From: Rhynchopus sp. YZ270_cl-10
Lineage: Eukaryota
Length of the DNA stretch: 64,000 nt
Assembly (NCBI GenBank): GCA_964035575.1
Contig: OZ037842.1
Location: forward strand, 930,001 to 994,000
Direction of reading: 5' to 3'
Of the stretch, positions 25,343-39,665 are shown one piece after another. The first letter of the stretch is position 1, and every line of letters starts with the position of its first letter. A program made the translations under genes and the position numbers. Under the pieces are notes generated by a model. The model searched no databases, was not told where the DNA came from, and worked only from the letters and a program-made list of their open reading frames with translations.

Positions 25343-27039
25343 TTCCTTAACACTCGGTGTTAAGGTCTTTAAGGTTGCTGATCACCTCCCACCCACCCAC
25401 CCACCCACCCCCCCTCTCAGGCACCCTCCCCCCCCCCCCCCCCCCCAAGGTGGGGTTCGGGCATTTTTTTTCAGGTCTCTAAACCTCGAAAGAGGTCAAA
25501 AAAGTGGATTCTTGGGAAGATAGGAGGTTTTTAGGAGACTTTCTCTGAAGCAAAGACCTCCAAACCCTGACAGACCCTGAAACCAGGGTGTCGCGAGTAC
25601 CCCTTTTTTACACGTGTTTCTTAAGGCTTCTACAGGGTTCTACAGGCAAAACAGGCGTTTTGGCCAGAAACCCGGTTTTTCAGGCGGGTAACCGGGTTTG
25701 CGGCTTGGGAAACGTGCCAGCGCGCTGTGAGAACCATGCGTGGGGGTTTGTAACCACTCGTTGCGTTGGTTGCGTTGCGTTCGTTGCATACAGATCGTAA
25801 CGTACACATCGGTTGCGTTGCGTTGTATGCGTTGCGTTCGTTGCATACAGATCGCTACGTACACATCGGTTGCGTTGCGTGCGTTGCATACAGATCGTAA
25901 CGTACGCATCGGTTGCGTTGCGTTGCATGCGTTGCGTTCGTTGCATACAGATCGTAACGTACACATCGGTTGCGTTGCGTTGCATGCGTTGCGTTCGTTG
26001 CATACAGATCGTAACGTACACATCGGTTGCGTTGCGTTGTATGCGTTGCGTTCGTTGCATACAGATCGTAACGTACACATCGGTTGCGTTGCGTTGCATG
26101 CGTTGCGTTCGTTGCATACAGATCGTAACGTACACATCGGTTGCGTTGCGTTGTATGCGTTGCGTTCGTTGCATACAGATCGCTACGTACACATCGGTTG
26201 CGTTGCGTGCGTTGCATACAGATCGTAACGTACGCATCGGTTGCGTTGCGTTGCATGCGTTGCGTTCGTTGCATACAGATCGTAACGTACACATCGGTTG
26301 CGTTGCGTGCGTTGCATACAGATCGTAACGTACGCATCGGTTGCGTTGCGTTGCATGCGTTGCGTTCGTTGCATACAGATCGTAACGTACACATCGGTTG
26401 CGTTGCGTTGTATGCGTTGCGTTCGTTGCATACAGATCGCTACGTACACATCGGTTGCGTTGCGTGCGTTGCATACAGATCGTAACGTACGCATCGGTTG
26501 CGTTGCGTTGCATGCGTTGCGTTCGTTGCATACAGATCGTAACGTACACATCGGTTGCGTTGCGTGCGTTGCATACAGATCGTAACGTACGCATCGGTTG
26601 CGTTGCGTTGCATGCGTTGCGTTCGTTGCATACAGATCGTAACGTACACATCGGTTGCGTTGCGTTGCATGCGTTGCGTTCGTTGCATACAGATCGTAAC
26701 GTACACATCGGTTGCGTTGCGTGCGTTGCATACAGATCGTAACGTACGCATCGGTTGCGTTGCGTTGCATGCGTTGCGTTCGTTGCATACAGATCGTAAC
26801 GTACACATCGGTTGCGTTGCGTTGTATGCGTTGCGTTCGTTGCATACAGATCGCTACGTACACATCGGTTGCGTTGCGTGCGTTGCATACAGATCGTAAC
26901 GTACGCATCGGTTGCGTTGCGTTGCATGCTTTGGTTGCATACGGATCGTAACGTATAGAGCGGATCCGTTTCGTGGTGTTCGGTTGCGTTTATCAACCAC
27001 ACCAGCCAGGAGTGTTAAGGATTGCCAAAAAAAACTAAA
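25343..27039 (+). mobile_element. Nested subfamily B element with satellite B array (about 25758-26955)
   Basis: Complete termini TTCCTTAACACTC...AAACTAAA. Confidence 0.75.
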
Positions 27040-27066
27040 TGTTAAGGATTGCCAAAAAAAACTAAA

Positions 27067-27766
27067 TTCCTTAACACTCGGTGTTAAGGTCTTTAAGGTT
27101 GCTTCACCACCCCACCCACCCACCCTAAGGCACCCCCCCCCCAGGGGTGGGTTTCGGCCATTTTTTTTCAGGTCCCTAAACGTCCAAAGAGGTCAAAAAA
27201 GTGGATTCTTGGGAAGATAGGAGGTTTTTAGGAGACTTTCTCTGAAGCAAAGACCTCCAAACCCTGACAGACCCTGAAACCAGGGTGTCGCGAGTACCCC
27301 TTTTTTACACGTGTTTCTTAAGGCTTCTACAGGGTTCTACAGGCAAAACAGGCGTTTTGGCCAAAAACCCGGTTTTTCAGGCAGGTAACCGGTTTTGCGG
27401 CTTCGGAAACGTGCCAGAGGGGTGTGAGAACCATGCGTGGGGGTTTGTAACCACTCGTTGCGTTGCCTTCGTTGCGTACACATAGCTACGTACACACCGG
27501 TTACGTTGTGTTGCATGCGTTGCGTTCGTTGTGTAGAGATCGTTACGTACAGAGCGCAACGTACGGAGCGGTTGCGTTGCGTTGGTTGTGTTCGGTTGGT
27601 TACGTTCGTTGCGTTCCGATCGCTACGTACACATCGGTTGCGTTGCGTTGCATGCGTTGGTTGCATACGGATCGTAACGTATAGAGCGGCTCCGTTTCCT
27701 TGTGTTCGGTTGCGTTTATCAACCACACCAGCCAGTGAGTGTTAAGGATTGCCAAAAAAAACTAAA
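27067..27766 (+). mobile_element. Subfamily S element (700 bp)
   Basis: Matches 13091-13790. Confidence 0.75.
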
Positions 27767-28547
27767 TCCTTAACACTCCCTATTGATCGTGGTTGATGTA
27801 TGCAAAGATCTGAAAAGAAACGAACAGATTCCCACGAACATGTGTCAACGACACAACCAACACAACGCTACCGATGTGTGCGCAACGATCTGAACGCAAC
27901 GAACGTAACCAACCGAACACAACCAACGCATCTCATCCAACACAACGGAACCGATGCGTGCGTCACTATCTGTACGCAACGAACGTAACCAACCGAACAC
28001 AACCAACGCAACGCAACCGCTCCATACGTTGCGCTCTGTACGTAACGATCTCTACACAACGAACGCAACGCATGCAACACTACGTAACCTATGTGTACGT
28101 AGCGATCTGCATGCAACGAACGCTACGTAACGAACGCAACGCAACCAACGCAACGAGTGGTTACAAACCCCCACGCATGGTTCTCACACCGCGTTGGCAC
28201 GTTTCCCAAGCCGCAAACCCGGTTACCTGCCTGAAAAACCGTGTTTTTGGCCAAAACGCCTGTTTTCCCTGTAGAATCCTTAAGAATCCTTAAGGAACGC
28301 ACGGTTCCTAAGGCATTTTACACGTAAACTCGCGACACGAAAATAGGAATTAAAAACTAATCTCTCAGCGATCTGATTTAGTAAGAACTCGATTTTTGGC
28401 CCTATCTTTCCAATGCCGAAAAAATCTTACACTTTGGCGCCTCTGCGAGAAATGTCATTTTTTGGGGTACCCCGTCGGGGGTGCCAAGGGGTGGGGGGGT
28501 ACGCCACAAAAGCAACCTTAAAAACCTTAACACAGAGTGTTAAGGAA
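27767..28547 (-). mobile_element. Subfamily C body (its 14-bp tail was not found upstream)
   Basis: Matches 13791-14571. Confidence 0.75.
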
Positions 28548-30201
28548 ATGCTTCCAAAACAACGCATCGAAAACAGCGCGATGAAACGCGTCCAAAACAG
28601 CGCGATGAAACGCGTCTAAAACAGCGCATCGAAAACAGCGCGATGAAACGCTTCCATAACAGCGCATCGAATACAGCGCGATGAAACGCTTCCATAACAG
28701 CGCATCGAATACAGCGCGATGAAACGCTTCCAAAACAGCGCATCGATAACAGCGCGATGAAACGCTTCCAAAACAGCGCATCGAAAACAGCGCGATGAAA
28801 CGCGTCCAAAACAGCGCATCGAAAACAGCGCGATGAAACGCGTCCAAAACAGCGCGATGAAACGCGTCTAAAACAGCGCATCGAAAACAGCGCGATGAAA
28901 CGCTTCCATAACAGCGCATCGAATACAGCGCGATGAAACGCGTCCAAAACAGCGCATCGATAACAGCGCGATGAAACGCTTCCAAAACAGCGCATCGAAA
29001 ACAGCGCGATGAAACGCGTCCAAAACAGCGCTTCGAAAACAGCGCGATGAAACGCTTCCATAACAGCGCATCGAATACAGCGCGATGAAACGCGTCCAAA
29101 ACAGCGCATCGATAACAGCGCGATGAAACGCTTCCAAAACAGCGCATCGAAAACAGCGCGATGAAACGCTTCCATAACAGCGCGTCCAAAACAGCGCGAT
29201 GAAACGCTTCCAAAACAGCGCATCGAAAACAGCGCGATGAAACGCTTCCATAACAGCGCGTCCAAAACAGCGCGATGAAACGCTTCCAAAACAGCGCATC
29301 GAAAACAGCGCGATGAAATGCTTCCAAAACAATGCATCGAAAACAGCGCGATGAAACGCGTCCAAAACAGCGCGATGAAACGCGTCTAAAACAGCGCATC
29401 GAAAACAGCGCGATGAAATGCTTCCAAAACAATGCATCGAAAACAGCGCGATGAAACGCGTCCAAAACAGCGCGATGAAACGCGTCTAAAACAGCGCATC
29501 GAAAACAGCGCGATGAAACGCTTCCATAACAGCGCATCGAAAACAGCGCGATGAAACGCGTCCAAAACAGCGCATCGAAAACAGCGCGATGAAACGCTTC
29601 CAAAACAACGCATCGATAACAGCGCGATGAAACGCTTCCAAAACAACGCATCGAAAACAGCGCGAAGAAACGCGTCCAAAACAACGCATCGAAAACAGCG
29701 CGAAGAAACGCGTCCAAAACAGCGCATCGAAAACAGCGCGAAGAAACGCGTCCAAAACAACGCATCGAAAACAGCGCGATGAAACGCGTCCAAAACAACG
29801 CATCGAAAACAGCGCGATGAAACGCGTCCAAAACAACGCATCGAAAACAGCGCGATGAAACGCTTCCAAAACAGCGCATCGAAAACAGCGCGATGAAACG
29901 CGTCCAAAACAGCGCACCGATAACAGCGCGATGAAACGCGTCCAAAACAGCGCATCGAAAACAGCGCGATGAAACGCGTGCAAAACAACGCATCGAAAAC
30001 AGCGCGATGAAACGCGTCCAAAACAACGCATCGAAAACAGCGCGATGAAACGCTTCCAAAACAGCGCATCGAAAACAGCGCGATGAAACGCGTCCAAAAC
30101 AGCGCACCGATAACAGCGCGATGAAACGCGTCCAAAACAGCGCATCGATACGAGCGCGATGAAACGCTTCCAAAACAGCGCATCGAAAACAGCGCGATGA
30201 A
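28548..30201. repeat. Satellite A array
   Basis: 38-bp tandem units. Confidence 0.98.
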
Positions 30202-30215
30202 TTTAGTTTTGCTAA

Positions 30216-31825
30216 TTCCTTAACACTCGGTGTTAAGGTCTTTAAGGTTGCTGATCACCTCCCACCCACCCACCCACCCACCCCCCCTCTCAGGCACCCT
30301 CCCCCCCCCCCCCCCCCCAAGGTGGGGTTCGGGCATTTTTTTTCAGGTCTCTAAACCTCGAAAGAGGTCAAAAAAGTGGATTCTTGGGAAGATAGGAGGT
30401 TTTTAGGAGACTTTCTCTGAAGCAAAGACCTCCAAACCCTGACAGACCCTGAAACCAGGGTGTCGCGAGTACCCCTTTTTTACACGTGTTTCTTAAGGCT
30501 TCTACAGGGTTCTACAGGCAAAACAGGCGTTTTGGCCAAAAACCCGGTTTTTCAGGCGGGTAACCGGGTTTGCGGCTTGGGAAACGTGCCAGCGCGCTGT
30601 GAGAACCATGCGTGGGGGTTTGTAACCACTCGTTGCGTTGGTTGCGTTGCGTTCGTTGCATACAGATCGTAACGTACACATCGGTTGCGTTGCGTTGTAT
30701 GCGTTGCGTTCGTTGCATACAGATCGCTACGTACACATCGGTTGCGTTGCGTGCGTTGCATACAGATCGTAACGTACGCATCGGTTGCGTTGCGTTGCAT
30801 GCGTTGCGTTCGTTGCATACAGATCGTAACGTACACATCGGTTGCGTTGCGTTGCATGCGTTGCGTTCGTTGCATACAGATCGTAAAGTACACATCGGTT
30901 GCGTTGCGTTGTATGCGTTGCGTTCGTTGCATACAGATCGTAACGTACACATCGGTTGCGTTGCGTGCGTTGCATACAGATCGTAACGTACGCATCGGTT
31001 GCGTTGCGTTGCATGCGTTGCGTTCGTTGCATACAGATCGTAACGTACACATCGGTTGCGTTGCGTGCGTTGCATACAGATCGTAACGTACGCATCGGTT
31101 GCGTTGCGTTGCATGCGTTGCGTTCGTTGCATACAGATCGTAACGTACACATCGGTTGCGTTGCGTTGCATGCGTTGCGTTCGTTGCATACAGATCGTAA
31201 CGTACACATCGGTTGCGTTGCGTGCGTTGCATACAGATCGTAACGTACGCATCGGTTGCGTTGCGTTGCATGCGTTGCGTTCGTTGCATACAGATCGTAA
31301 CGTACACATCGGTTGCGTTGCGTTGCATGCGTTGCGTTCGTTGCATACAGATCGTAACGTACACATCGGTTGCGTTGCGTTGTATGCGTTGCGTTCGTTG
31401 CATACAGATCGTAACGTACGCATCGGTTGCGTTGCGTTGCATGCGTTGCGTTCGTTGCATACAGATCGTAACGTACACATCGGTTGCGTTGCGTTGTATG
31501 CGTTGCGTTCGTTGCATACAGATCGCTACGTACACATCGGTTGCGTTGCGTGCGTTGCATACAGATCGTAACGTACGCATCGGTTGCGTTGCGTTGCATG
31601 CGTTGCGTTCGTTGCATACAGATCGTAACGTACACATCGGTTGCGTTGAGTTGGATACGTTGCGTTCGTTGCATACAGATCGCTACGTACGCATCGGTTG
31701 CGTTGCGTTGCATGCGTTGGTTGCATACGGATCGTAACGTATAGAGCGGATCCGTTTCGTGGTGTTCGGTTGCGTTTATCAACCACACCAGCCAGGAGTG
31801 TTAAGGATTGCCAAAAAAAACTAAA
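30216..31825 (+). mobile_element. Subfamily B element, uninterrupted, with satellite B array (about 30630-31745)
   Basis: Complete termini and a single tail. Confidence 0.75.
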
Positions 31826-32525
31826 TTCCTTAACACTCGGTGTTAAGGTCTTTAAGGTTGCTTCACCACCCCACCCACCCACCCTAAGGCACCCCCCCCC
31901 CAGGGGTGGGTTTCGGCCATTTTTTTTCAGGTCCCTAAACGTCCAAAGAGGTCAAAAAAGTGGATTCTTGGGAAGATAGGAGGTTTTTAGGAGACTTTCT
32001 CTGAAGCAAAGACCTCCAAACCCTGACAGACCCTGAAACCAGGGTGTCGCGAGTACCCCTTTTTTACACGTGTTTCTTAAGGCTTCTACAGGGTTCTACA
32101 GGCAAAACAGGCGTTTTGGCCAAAAACCCGGTTTTTCAGGCAGGTAACCGGTTTTGCGGCTTCGGAAACGTGCCAGAGGGGTGTGAGAACCATGCGTGGG
32201 GGTTTGTAACCACTCGTTGCGTTGCCTTCGTTGCGTACACATAGCTACGTACACACCGGTTACGTTGTGTTGCATGCGTTGCGTTCGTTGTGTAGAGATC
32301 GTTACGTACAGAGCGCAACGTACGGAGCGGTTGCGTTGCGTTGGTTGTGTTCGGTTGGTTACGTTCGTTGCGTTCCGATCGCTACGTACACATCGGTTGC
32401 GTTGCGTTGCATGCGTTGGTTGCATACGGATCGTAACGTATAGAGCGGCTCCGTTTCCTTGTGTTCGGTTGCGTTTATCAACCACACCAGCCAGTGAGTG
32501 TTAAGGATTGCCAAAAAAAACTAAA
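31826..32525 (+). mobile_element. Subfamily S element (700 bp)
   Basis: Matches 13091-13790. Confidence 0.75.
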
Positions 32526-33306
32526 TCCTTAACACTCCCTATTGATCGTGGTTGATGTATGCAAAGATCTGAAAAGAAACGAACAGATTCCCACGAACAT
32601 GTGTCAACGACACAACCAACACAACGCTACCGATGTGTGCGCAACGATCTGAACGCAACGAACGTAACCAACCGAACACAACCAACGCATCTCATCCAAC
32701 ACAACGGAACCGATGCGTGCGTCACTATCTGTACGCAACGAACGTAACCAACCGAACACAACCAACGCAACGCAACCGCTCCATACGTTGCGCTCTGTAC
32801 GTAACGATCTCTACACAACGAACGCAACGCATGCAACACTACGTAACCTATGTGTACGTAGCGATCTGCATGCAACGAACGCTACGTAACGAACGCAACG
32901 CAACCAACGCAACGAGTGGTTACAAACCCCCACGCATGGTTCTCACACCGCGTTGGCACGTTTCCCAAGCCGCAAACCCGGTTACCTGCCTGAAAAACCG
33001 TGTTTTTGGCCAAAACGCCTGTTTTCCCTGTAGAATCCTTAAGAATCCTTAAGGAACGCACGGTTCCTAAGGCATTTTACACGTAAACTCGCGACACGAA
33101 AATAGGAATTAAAAACTAATCTCTCAGCGATCTGATTTAGTAAGAACTCGATTTTTGGCCCTATCTTTCCAATGCCGAAAAAATCTTACACTTTGGCGCC
33201 TCTGCGAGAAATGTCATTTTTTGGGGTACCCCGTCGGGGGTGCCAAGGGGTGGGGGGGTACGCCACAAAAGCAACCTTAAAAACCTTAACACAGAGTGTT
33301 AAGGAA

Positions 33307-35278
33307 ATGCTTCCAAAACAACGCATCGAAAACAGCGCGATGAAACGCGTCCAAAACAGCGCGATGAAACGCGTCTAAAACAGCGCATCGAAAACAGCGC
33401 GATGAAACGCTTCCATAACAGCGCATCGAATACAGCGCGATGAAACGCTTCCATAACAGCGCATCGAATACAGCGCGATGAAACGCTTCCAAAACAGCGC
33501 ATCGATAACAGCGCGATGAAACGCTTCCAAAACAGCGCATCGAAAACAGCGCGATGAAACGCGTCCAAAACAGCGCATCGAAAACAGCGCGATGAAACGC
33601 GTCCAAAACAGCGCGATGAAACGCGTCTAAAACAGCGCATCGAAAACAGCGCGATGAAACGCTTCCATAACAGCGCATCGAATACAGCGCGATGAAACGC
33701 GTCCAAAACAGCGCATCGATAACAGCGCGATGAAACGCTTCCAAAACAGCGCATCGAAAACAGCGCGATGAAACGCGTCCAAAACAGCGCTTCGAAAACA
33801 GCGCGATGAAACGCTTCCATAACAGCGCATCGAATACAGCGCGATGAAACGCGTCCAAAACAGCGCATCGATAACAGCGCGATGAAACGCTTCCAAAACA
33901 GCGCATCGAAAACAGCGCGATGAAACGCTTCCATAACAGCGCATCGAATACAGCGCGATGAAACGCGTCCAAAACAGCGCGTCCAAAACAGCGCGATGAA
34001 ACGCTTCCAAAACAGCGCATCGAAAACAGCGCGATGAAACGCGTCCAAAACAGCGCTTCGAAAACAGCGCGATGAAATGCTTCCAAAACAATGCATCGAA
34101 AACAGCGCGATGAAACGCGTCCAAAACAGCGCGATGAAACGCGTCTAAAACAGCGCATCGAAAACAGCGCGATGAAACGCTTCCATAACAGCGCATCGAA
34201 AACAGCGCGATGAAACGCGTCCAAAACAACGCATCGATAACAGCGCGATGAAACGCTTCCATAACAGCGCATCGAAAACAGCGCGATGAAACGCGTCTAA
34301 AACAGCGCATCGAAAACAGCGCGATGAAACGCTTCCATAACAGCGCATCGAAAACAGCGCGATGAAACGCGTCCAAAACAACGCATCGAAAACAGCGCGA
34401 TGAAACGCTTCCATAACAGCGCATCGAAAACAGCGCGATGAAACGCGTCCAAAACAGCGCATCGAAAACAGCGCGATGAAACGCTTCCAAAACAACGCAT
34501 CGATAACAGCGCGATGAAACGCTTCCAAAACAACGCATCGAAAACAGCGCGAAGAAACGCGTCCAAAACAACGCATCGAAAACAGCGCGAAGAAACGCGT
34601 CCAAAACAGCGCATCGAAAACAGCGCGAAGAAACGCGTCCAAAACAACGCATCGAAAACAGCGCGATGAAACGCGTCCAAAACAACGCATCGAAAACAGC
34701 GCGAAGAAACGCGTCCAAAACAGCGCATCGAAAACAGCGCGAAGAAACGCGTCCAAAACAACGCATCGAAAACAGCGCGATGAAACGCGTGCAAAACAAC
34801 GCATCGATAACAGCGCGATGAAACGCGTGCAAAACAACGCATCGAAAACAGCGCGATGAAACGCGTCCAAAACAACGCATCGAAAACAGCGCGATGAAAC
34901 GCTTCCAAAACAGCGCATCGAAAACAGCGCGATGAAACGCGTCCAAAACAGCGCACCGATAACAGCGCGATGAAACGCGTCCAAAACAGCGCATCGAAAA
35001 CAGCGCGATGAAACGCGTGCAAAACAACGCATCGAAAACAGCGCGATGAAACGCGTCCAAAACAACGCATCGAAAACAGCGCGATGAAACGCTTCCAAAA
35101 CAGCGCATCGAAAACAGCGCGATGAAACGCGTCCAAAACAGCGCACCGATAACAGCGCGATGAAACGCGTCCAAAACAGCGCATCGATACGAGCGCGATG
35201 AAACGCTTCCAAAACAGCGCATCGAAAACAGCGCGATGAAACGCGTGCAAAACAACGCATCGAAAACAGCGCGATGAA
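33307..35278. repeat. Satellite A array
   Basis: 38-bp tandem units. Confidence 0.98.
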
Positions 35279-36073
35279 TTTAGTTTTGCTAATCCTTAAC
35301 ACTCCCTATTGATCGTGGTTGATGTATGCAAAGATCTGAAAAGAAACGAACAGATTCCCACGAACATGTGTCAACGACACAACCAACACAACGCTACCGA
35401 TGTGTGCGCAACGATCTGAACGCAACGAACGTAACCAACCGAACACAACCAACGCATCTCATCCAACACAACGGAACCGATGCGTGCGTCACTATCTGTA
35501 CGCAACGAACGTAACCAACCGAACACAACCAACGCAACGCAACCGCTCCATACGTTGCGCTCTGTACGTAACGATCTCTACACAACGAACGCAACGCATG
35601 CAACACTACGTAACCTATGTGTACGTAGCGATCTGCATGCAACGAACGCTACGTAACGAACGCAACGCAACCAACGCAACGAGTGGTTACAAACCCCCAC
35701 GCATGGTTCTCACACCGCGTTGGCACGTTTCCCAAGCCGCAAACCCGGTTACCTGCCTGAAAAACCGTGTTTTTGGCCAAAACGCCTGTTTTCCCTGTAG
35801 AATCCTTAAGAATCCTTAAGGAACGCACGGTTCCTAAGGCATTTTACACGTAAACTCGCGACACGAAAATAGGAATTAAAAACTAATCTCTCAGCGATCT
35901 GATTTAGTAAGAACTCGATTTTTGGCCCTATCTTTCCAATGCCGAAAAAATCTTACACTTTGGCGCCTCTGCGAGAAATGTCATTTTTTGGGGTACCCCG
36001 TCGGGGGTGCCAAGGGGTGGGGGGGTACGCCACAAAAGCAACCTTAAAAACCTTAACACAGAGTGTTAAGGAA
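35279..36073 (-). mobile_element. Subfamily C element, intact (795 bp)
   Basis: Matches 7932-8726 including the junctions. Confidence 0.75.
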
Positions 36074-37907
36074 ATGCTTCCAAAACAACGCATCGAAAAC
36101 AGCGCGATGAAACGCGTCCAAAACAGCGCGATGAAACGCGTCTAAAACAGCGCATCGAAAACAGCGCGATGAAACGCTTCCATAACAGCGCATCGAATAC
36201 AGCGCGATGAAACGCGTCCAAAACAGCGCATCGATAACAGCGCGATGAAACGCTTCCAAAACAGCGCATCGAAAACAGCGCGATGAAACGCGTCCAAAAC
36301 AGCGCTTCGAAAACAGCGCGATGAAACGCTTCCATAACAGCGCATCGAATACAGCGCGATGAAACGCGTCCAAAACAGCGCATCGATAACAGCGCGATGA
36401 AACGCTTCCAAAACAGCGCATCGAAAACAGCGCGATGAAACGCGTCCAAAACAGCGCTTCGAAAACAGCGCGATGAAACGCTTCCATAACAGCGCATCGA
36501 ATACAGCGCGATGAAACGCGTCCAAAACAGCGCATCGATAACAGCGCGATGAAACGCTTCCAAAACAGCGCATCGAAAACAGCGCGATGAAACGCTTCCA
36601 TAACAGCGCATCGAATACAGCGCGATGAAACGCGTCCAAAACAGCGCGTCCAAAACAGCGCGATGAAACGCTTCCAAAACAGCGCATCGAAAACAGCGCG
36701 ATGAAACGCGTCCAAAACAGCGCTTCGAAAACAGCGCGATGAAATGCTTCCAAAACAATGCATCGAAAACAGCGCGATGAAACGCGTCCAAAACAGCGCG
36801 ATGAAACGCGTCTAAAACAGCGCATCGAAAACAGCGCGATGAAACGCTTCCATAACAGCGCATCGAAAACAGCGCGATGAAACGCGTCCAAAACAACGCA
36901 TCGATAACAGCGCGATGAAACGCTTCCAAAACAACGCATCGAAAACAGCGCGAAGAAACGCGTCCAAAACAACGCATCGAAAACAGCGCGAAGAAACGCG
37001 TCCAAAACAGCGCATCGAAAACAGCGCGAAGAAACGCGTCCAAAACAACGCATCGAAAACAGCGCGATGAAACGCGTCCAAAACAACGCATCGAAAACAG
37101 CGCGAAGAAACGCGTCCAAAACAGCGCATCGAAAACAGCGCGAAGAAACGCGTCCAAAACAACGCATCGAAAACAGCGCGATGAAACGCTTCCAAAACAA
37201 CGCATCGAAAACAGCGCGAAGAAACGCGTCCAAAACAACGCATCGAAAACAGCGCGATGAAACGCGTGCAAAACAACGCATCGATAACAGCGCGATGAAA
37301 CGCGTGCAAAACAACGCATCGAAAACAGCGCGATGAAACGCGTCCAAAACAACGCATCGAAAACAGCGCGATGAAACGCTTCCAAAACAGCGCATCGAAA
37401 ACAGCGCGATGAAACGCGTCCAAAACAGCGCACCGATAACAGCGCGATGAAACGCGTCCAAAACAGCGCATCGAAAACAGCGCGATGAAACGCGTGCAAA
37501 ACAACGCATCGAAAACAGCACGATGAAACGCGTCCAAAACAACGCATCGAAAACAGCGCGATGAAACGCTTCCAAAACAGCGCATCGAAAACAGCGCGAT
37601 GAAACGCGTCCAAAACGGCGCACCGATAACAGCGCGATGAAACGCGTCCAAAACAGCGCATCGAAAACAGCGCGATGAAACGCGTGCAAAACAACGCATC
37701 GAAAACAGCGCGATGAAACGCGTCCAAAACAACGCATCGAAAACAGCGCGATGAAACGCTTCCAAAACAGCGCATCGAAAACAGCGCGATGAAACGCGTC
37801 CAAAACAGCGCACCGATAACAGCGCGATGAAACGCGTCCAAAACAGCGCATCGATACGAGCGCGATGAAACGCTTCCAAAACAGCGCATCGAAAACAGCG
37901 CGATGAA
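36074..37907. repeat. Satellite A array
   Basis: 38-bp tandem units. Confidence 0.98.
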
Positions 37908-37922
37908 TTTAGTTTTGCTAAT

Positions 37923-38966
37923 TTCCTTAACACTCGGTGTTAAGGTCTTTAAGGTTGCTTCACCACCCCACCCACCCACCCTAAGGCACCCCCCCCCCCA
38001 GGGTGGGTTTCGGCCATTTTTTTTCAGGTCCCTAAACGTCCAAAGAGGTCAAAAAAGTGGATTCTTGGGAAGATAGGAGGTTTTTAGGAGACTTTCTCTG
38101 AAGCAAAGACCTCCAAACCCTGACAGACCCTGAAACCAGGGTGTCGCGAGTACCCCTTTTTTACACGTGTTTCTTAAGGCTTCTACAGGGTTCTACAGGC
38201 AAAACAGCCGTTTTGGCCAAAAACCCGGTTTTTCAGGCAGGCAACCGGGTTTGCGGCTTGGGAAACGTGCCAGAGCGGTGTGAGAACCATGCGTGGGGGT
38301 TTGTAACCACTCGTTGCGTTGGTTGCGTTGCCTTCGCTACGTTGCGTACACATAGCTACGAGCACACCGGTTACGTTGTGTTGCATACGTTGCGTTCGTT
38401 GTGTAGAGATGGTTACGTACAGAGCGCAACGTACGGAGCGGTTGCGTTGCGTTGGTTGTGTTCGGTTGGTTACGTTCGTTGCGTTCCGATCGTTACGTAC
38501 ACATCGGTTGCGTTGCGTTGCATGCGTTGCGTTCGTTGTGTAGAGATCGATATGTACAGATCGCAACGTACGCATAGGTTGCGTTGTGTTGCACGCGTTG
38601 CATACAGAACGCAACGTACACACAGGTTGCGTTGCATCCGTTGCGTTGGTTGTGTTCGTTTCGTTACGTTCGTTGCGTTCCGATCGTTACGTACACATCG
38701 GTTGCGTTGCGTTGCATGCGTTGTGTTCGTTATGTTGAGATCGATATATACAGATCGCAACGTACGCATAGGTTGCGTTGGTTGTGTTGCATCCGTTACG
38801 TTGCGTTCGTTGCGTTCTGATCGTTACGTACACATAGGTTGCGTTGCGTTGCATGCTTTGGTTGCATACGGATCGTAACGTATAGAGCGGATCCGTTTCA
38901 TTGTGTTCGGTTGCGTTTATCAACCACACCAGCCAGGAGTGTTAAGGATTGCCAAAAAAAACTAAA
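37923..38966 (+). mobile_element. Helentron-like element, variant E (1044 bp), inserted between the two 5' Ts of the next S element
   Basis: Left junction GCTAA-T-TTCCTT has three Ts; right junction CTAAA-TCCTTAACACTCGG has one T. Confidence 0.75.
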
Positions 38967-39665
38967 TCCTTAACACTCGGTGTTAAGGTCTTTAAGGTTG
39001 CTTCACCACCCCACCCACCCACCCTAAGGCACCCCCCCCCCAGGGGTGGGTTTCGGCCATTTTTTTTCAGGTCCCTAAACGTCCAAAGAGGTCAAAAAAG
39101 TGGATTCTTGGGAAGATAGGAGGTTTTTAGGAGACTTTCTCTGAAGCAAAGACCTCCAAACCCTGACAGACCCTGAAACCAGGGTGTCGCGAGTACCCCT
39201 TTTTTACACGTGTTTCTTAAGGCTTCTACAGGGTTCTACAGGCAAAACAGGCGTTTTGGCCAAAAACCCGGTTTTTCAGGCAGGTAACCGGTTTTGCGGC
39301 TTCGGAAACGTGCCAGAGGGGTGTGAGAACCATGCGTGGGGGTTTGTAACCACTCGTTGCGTTGCCTTCGTTGCGTACACATAGCTACGTACACACCGGT
39401 TACGTTGTGTTGCATGCGTTGCGTTCGTTGTGTAGAGATCGTTACGTACAGAGCGCAACGTACGGAGCGGTTGCGTTGCGTTGGTTGTGTTCGGTTGGTT
39501 ACGTTCGTTGCGTTCCGATCGCTACGTACACATCGGTTGCGTTGCGTTGCATGCGTTGGTTGCATACGGATCGTAACGTATAGAGCGGCTCCGTTTCCTT
39601 GTGTTCGGTTGCGTTTATCAACCACACCAGCCAGTGAGTGTTAAGGATTGCCAAAAAAAACTAAA
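38967..39665 (+). mobile_element. Subfamily S element (first T displaced to 37922)
   Basis: Matches 13092-13790. Confidence 0.75.

Larger units (their letters stand above)
22096..27066 (+). mobile_element. Subfamily B element split within its 3' inverted repeat (body 22096-24564, tail 27040-27066)
   Basis: ...CCAGGAG at 24564 and TGTTAAGGATTGCC... at 27040 are contiguous in the copy at 30216-31825. Confidence 0.8.
30202..33306 (-). mobile_element. Subfamily C element split by insertions (tail 30202-30215, body 32526-33306)
   Basis: Same junctions as 11113-14571. Confidence 0.8.

Noticed and set aside
11461..31788. ORFs with CVRYDLYATNAT / MQRTQR repeats
   Set aside because: Translations of satellite B on both strands; 43-bp units break frame at random.
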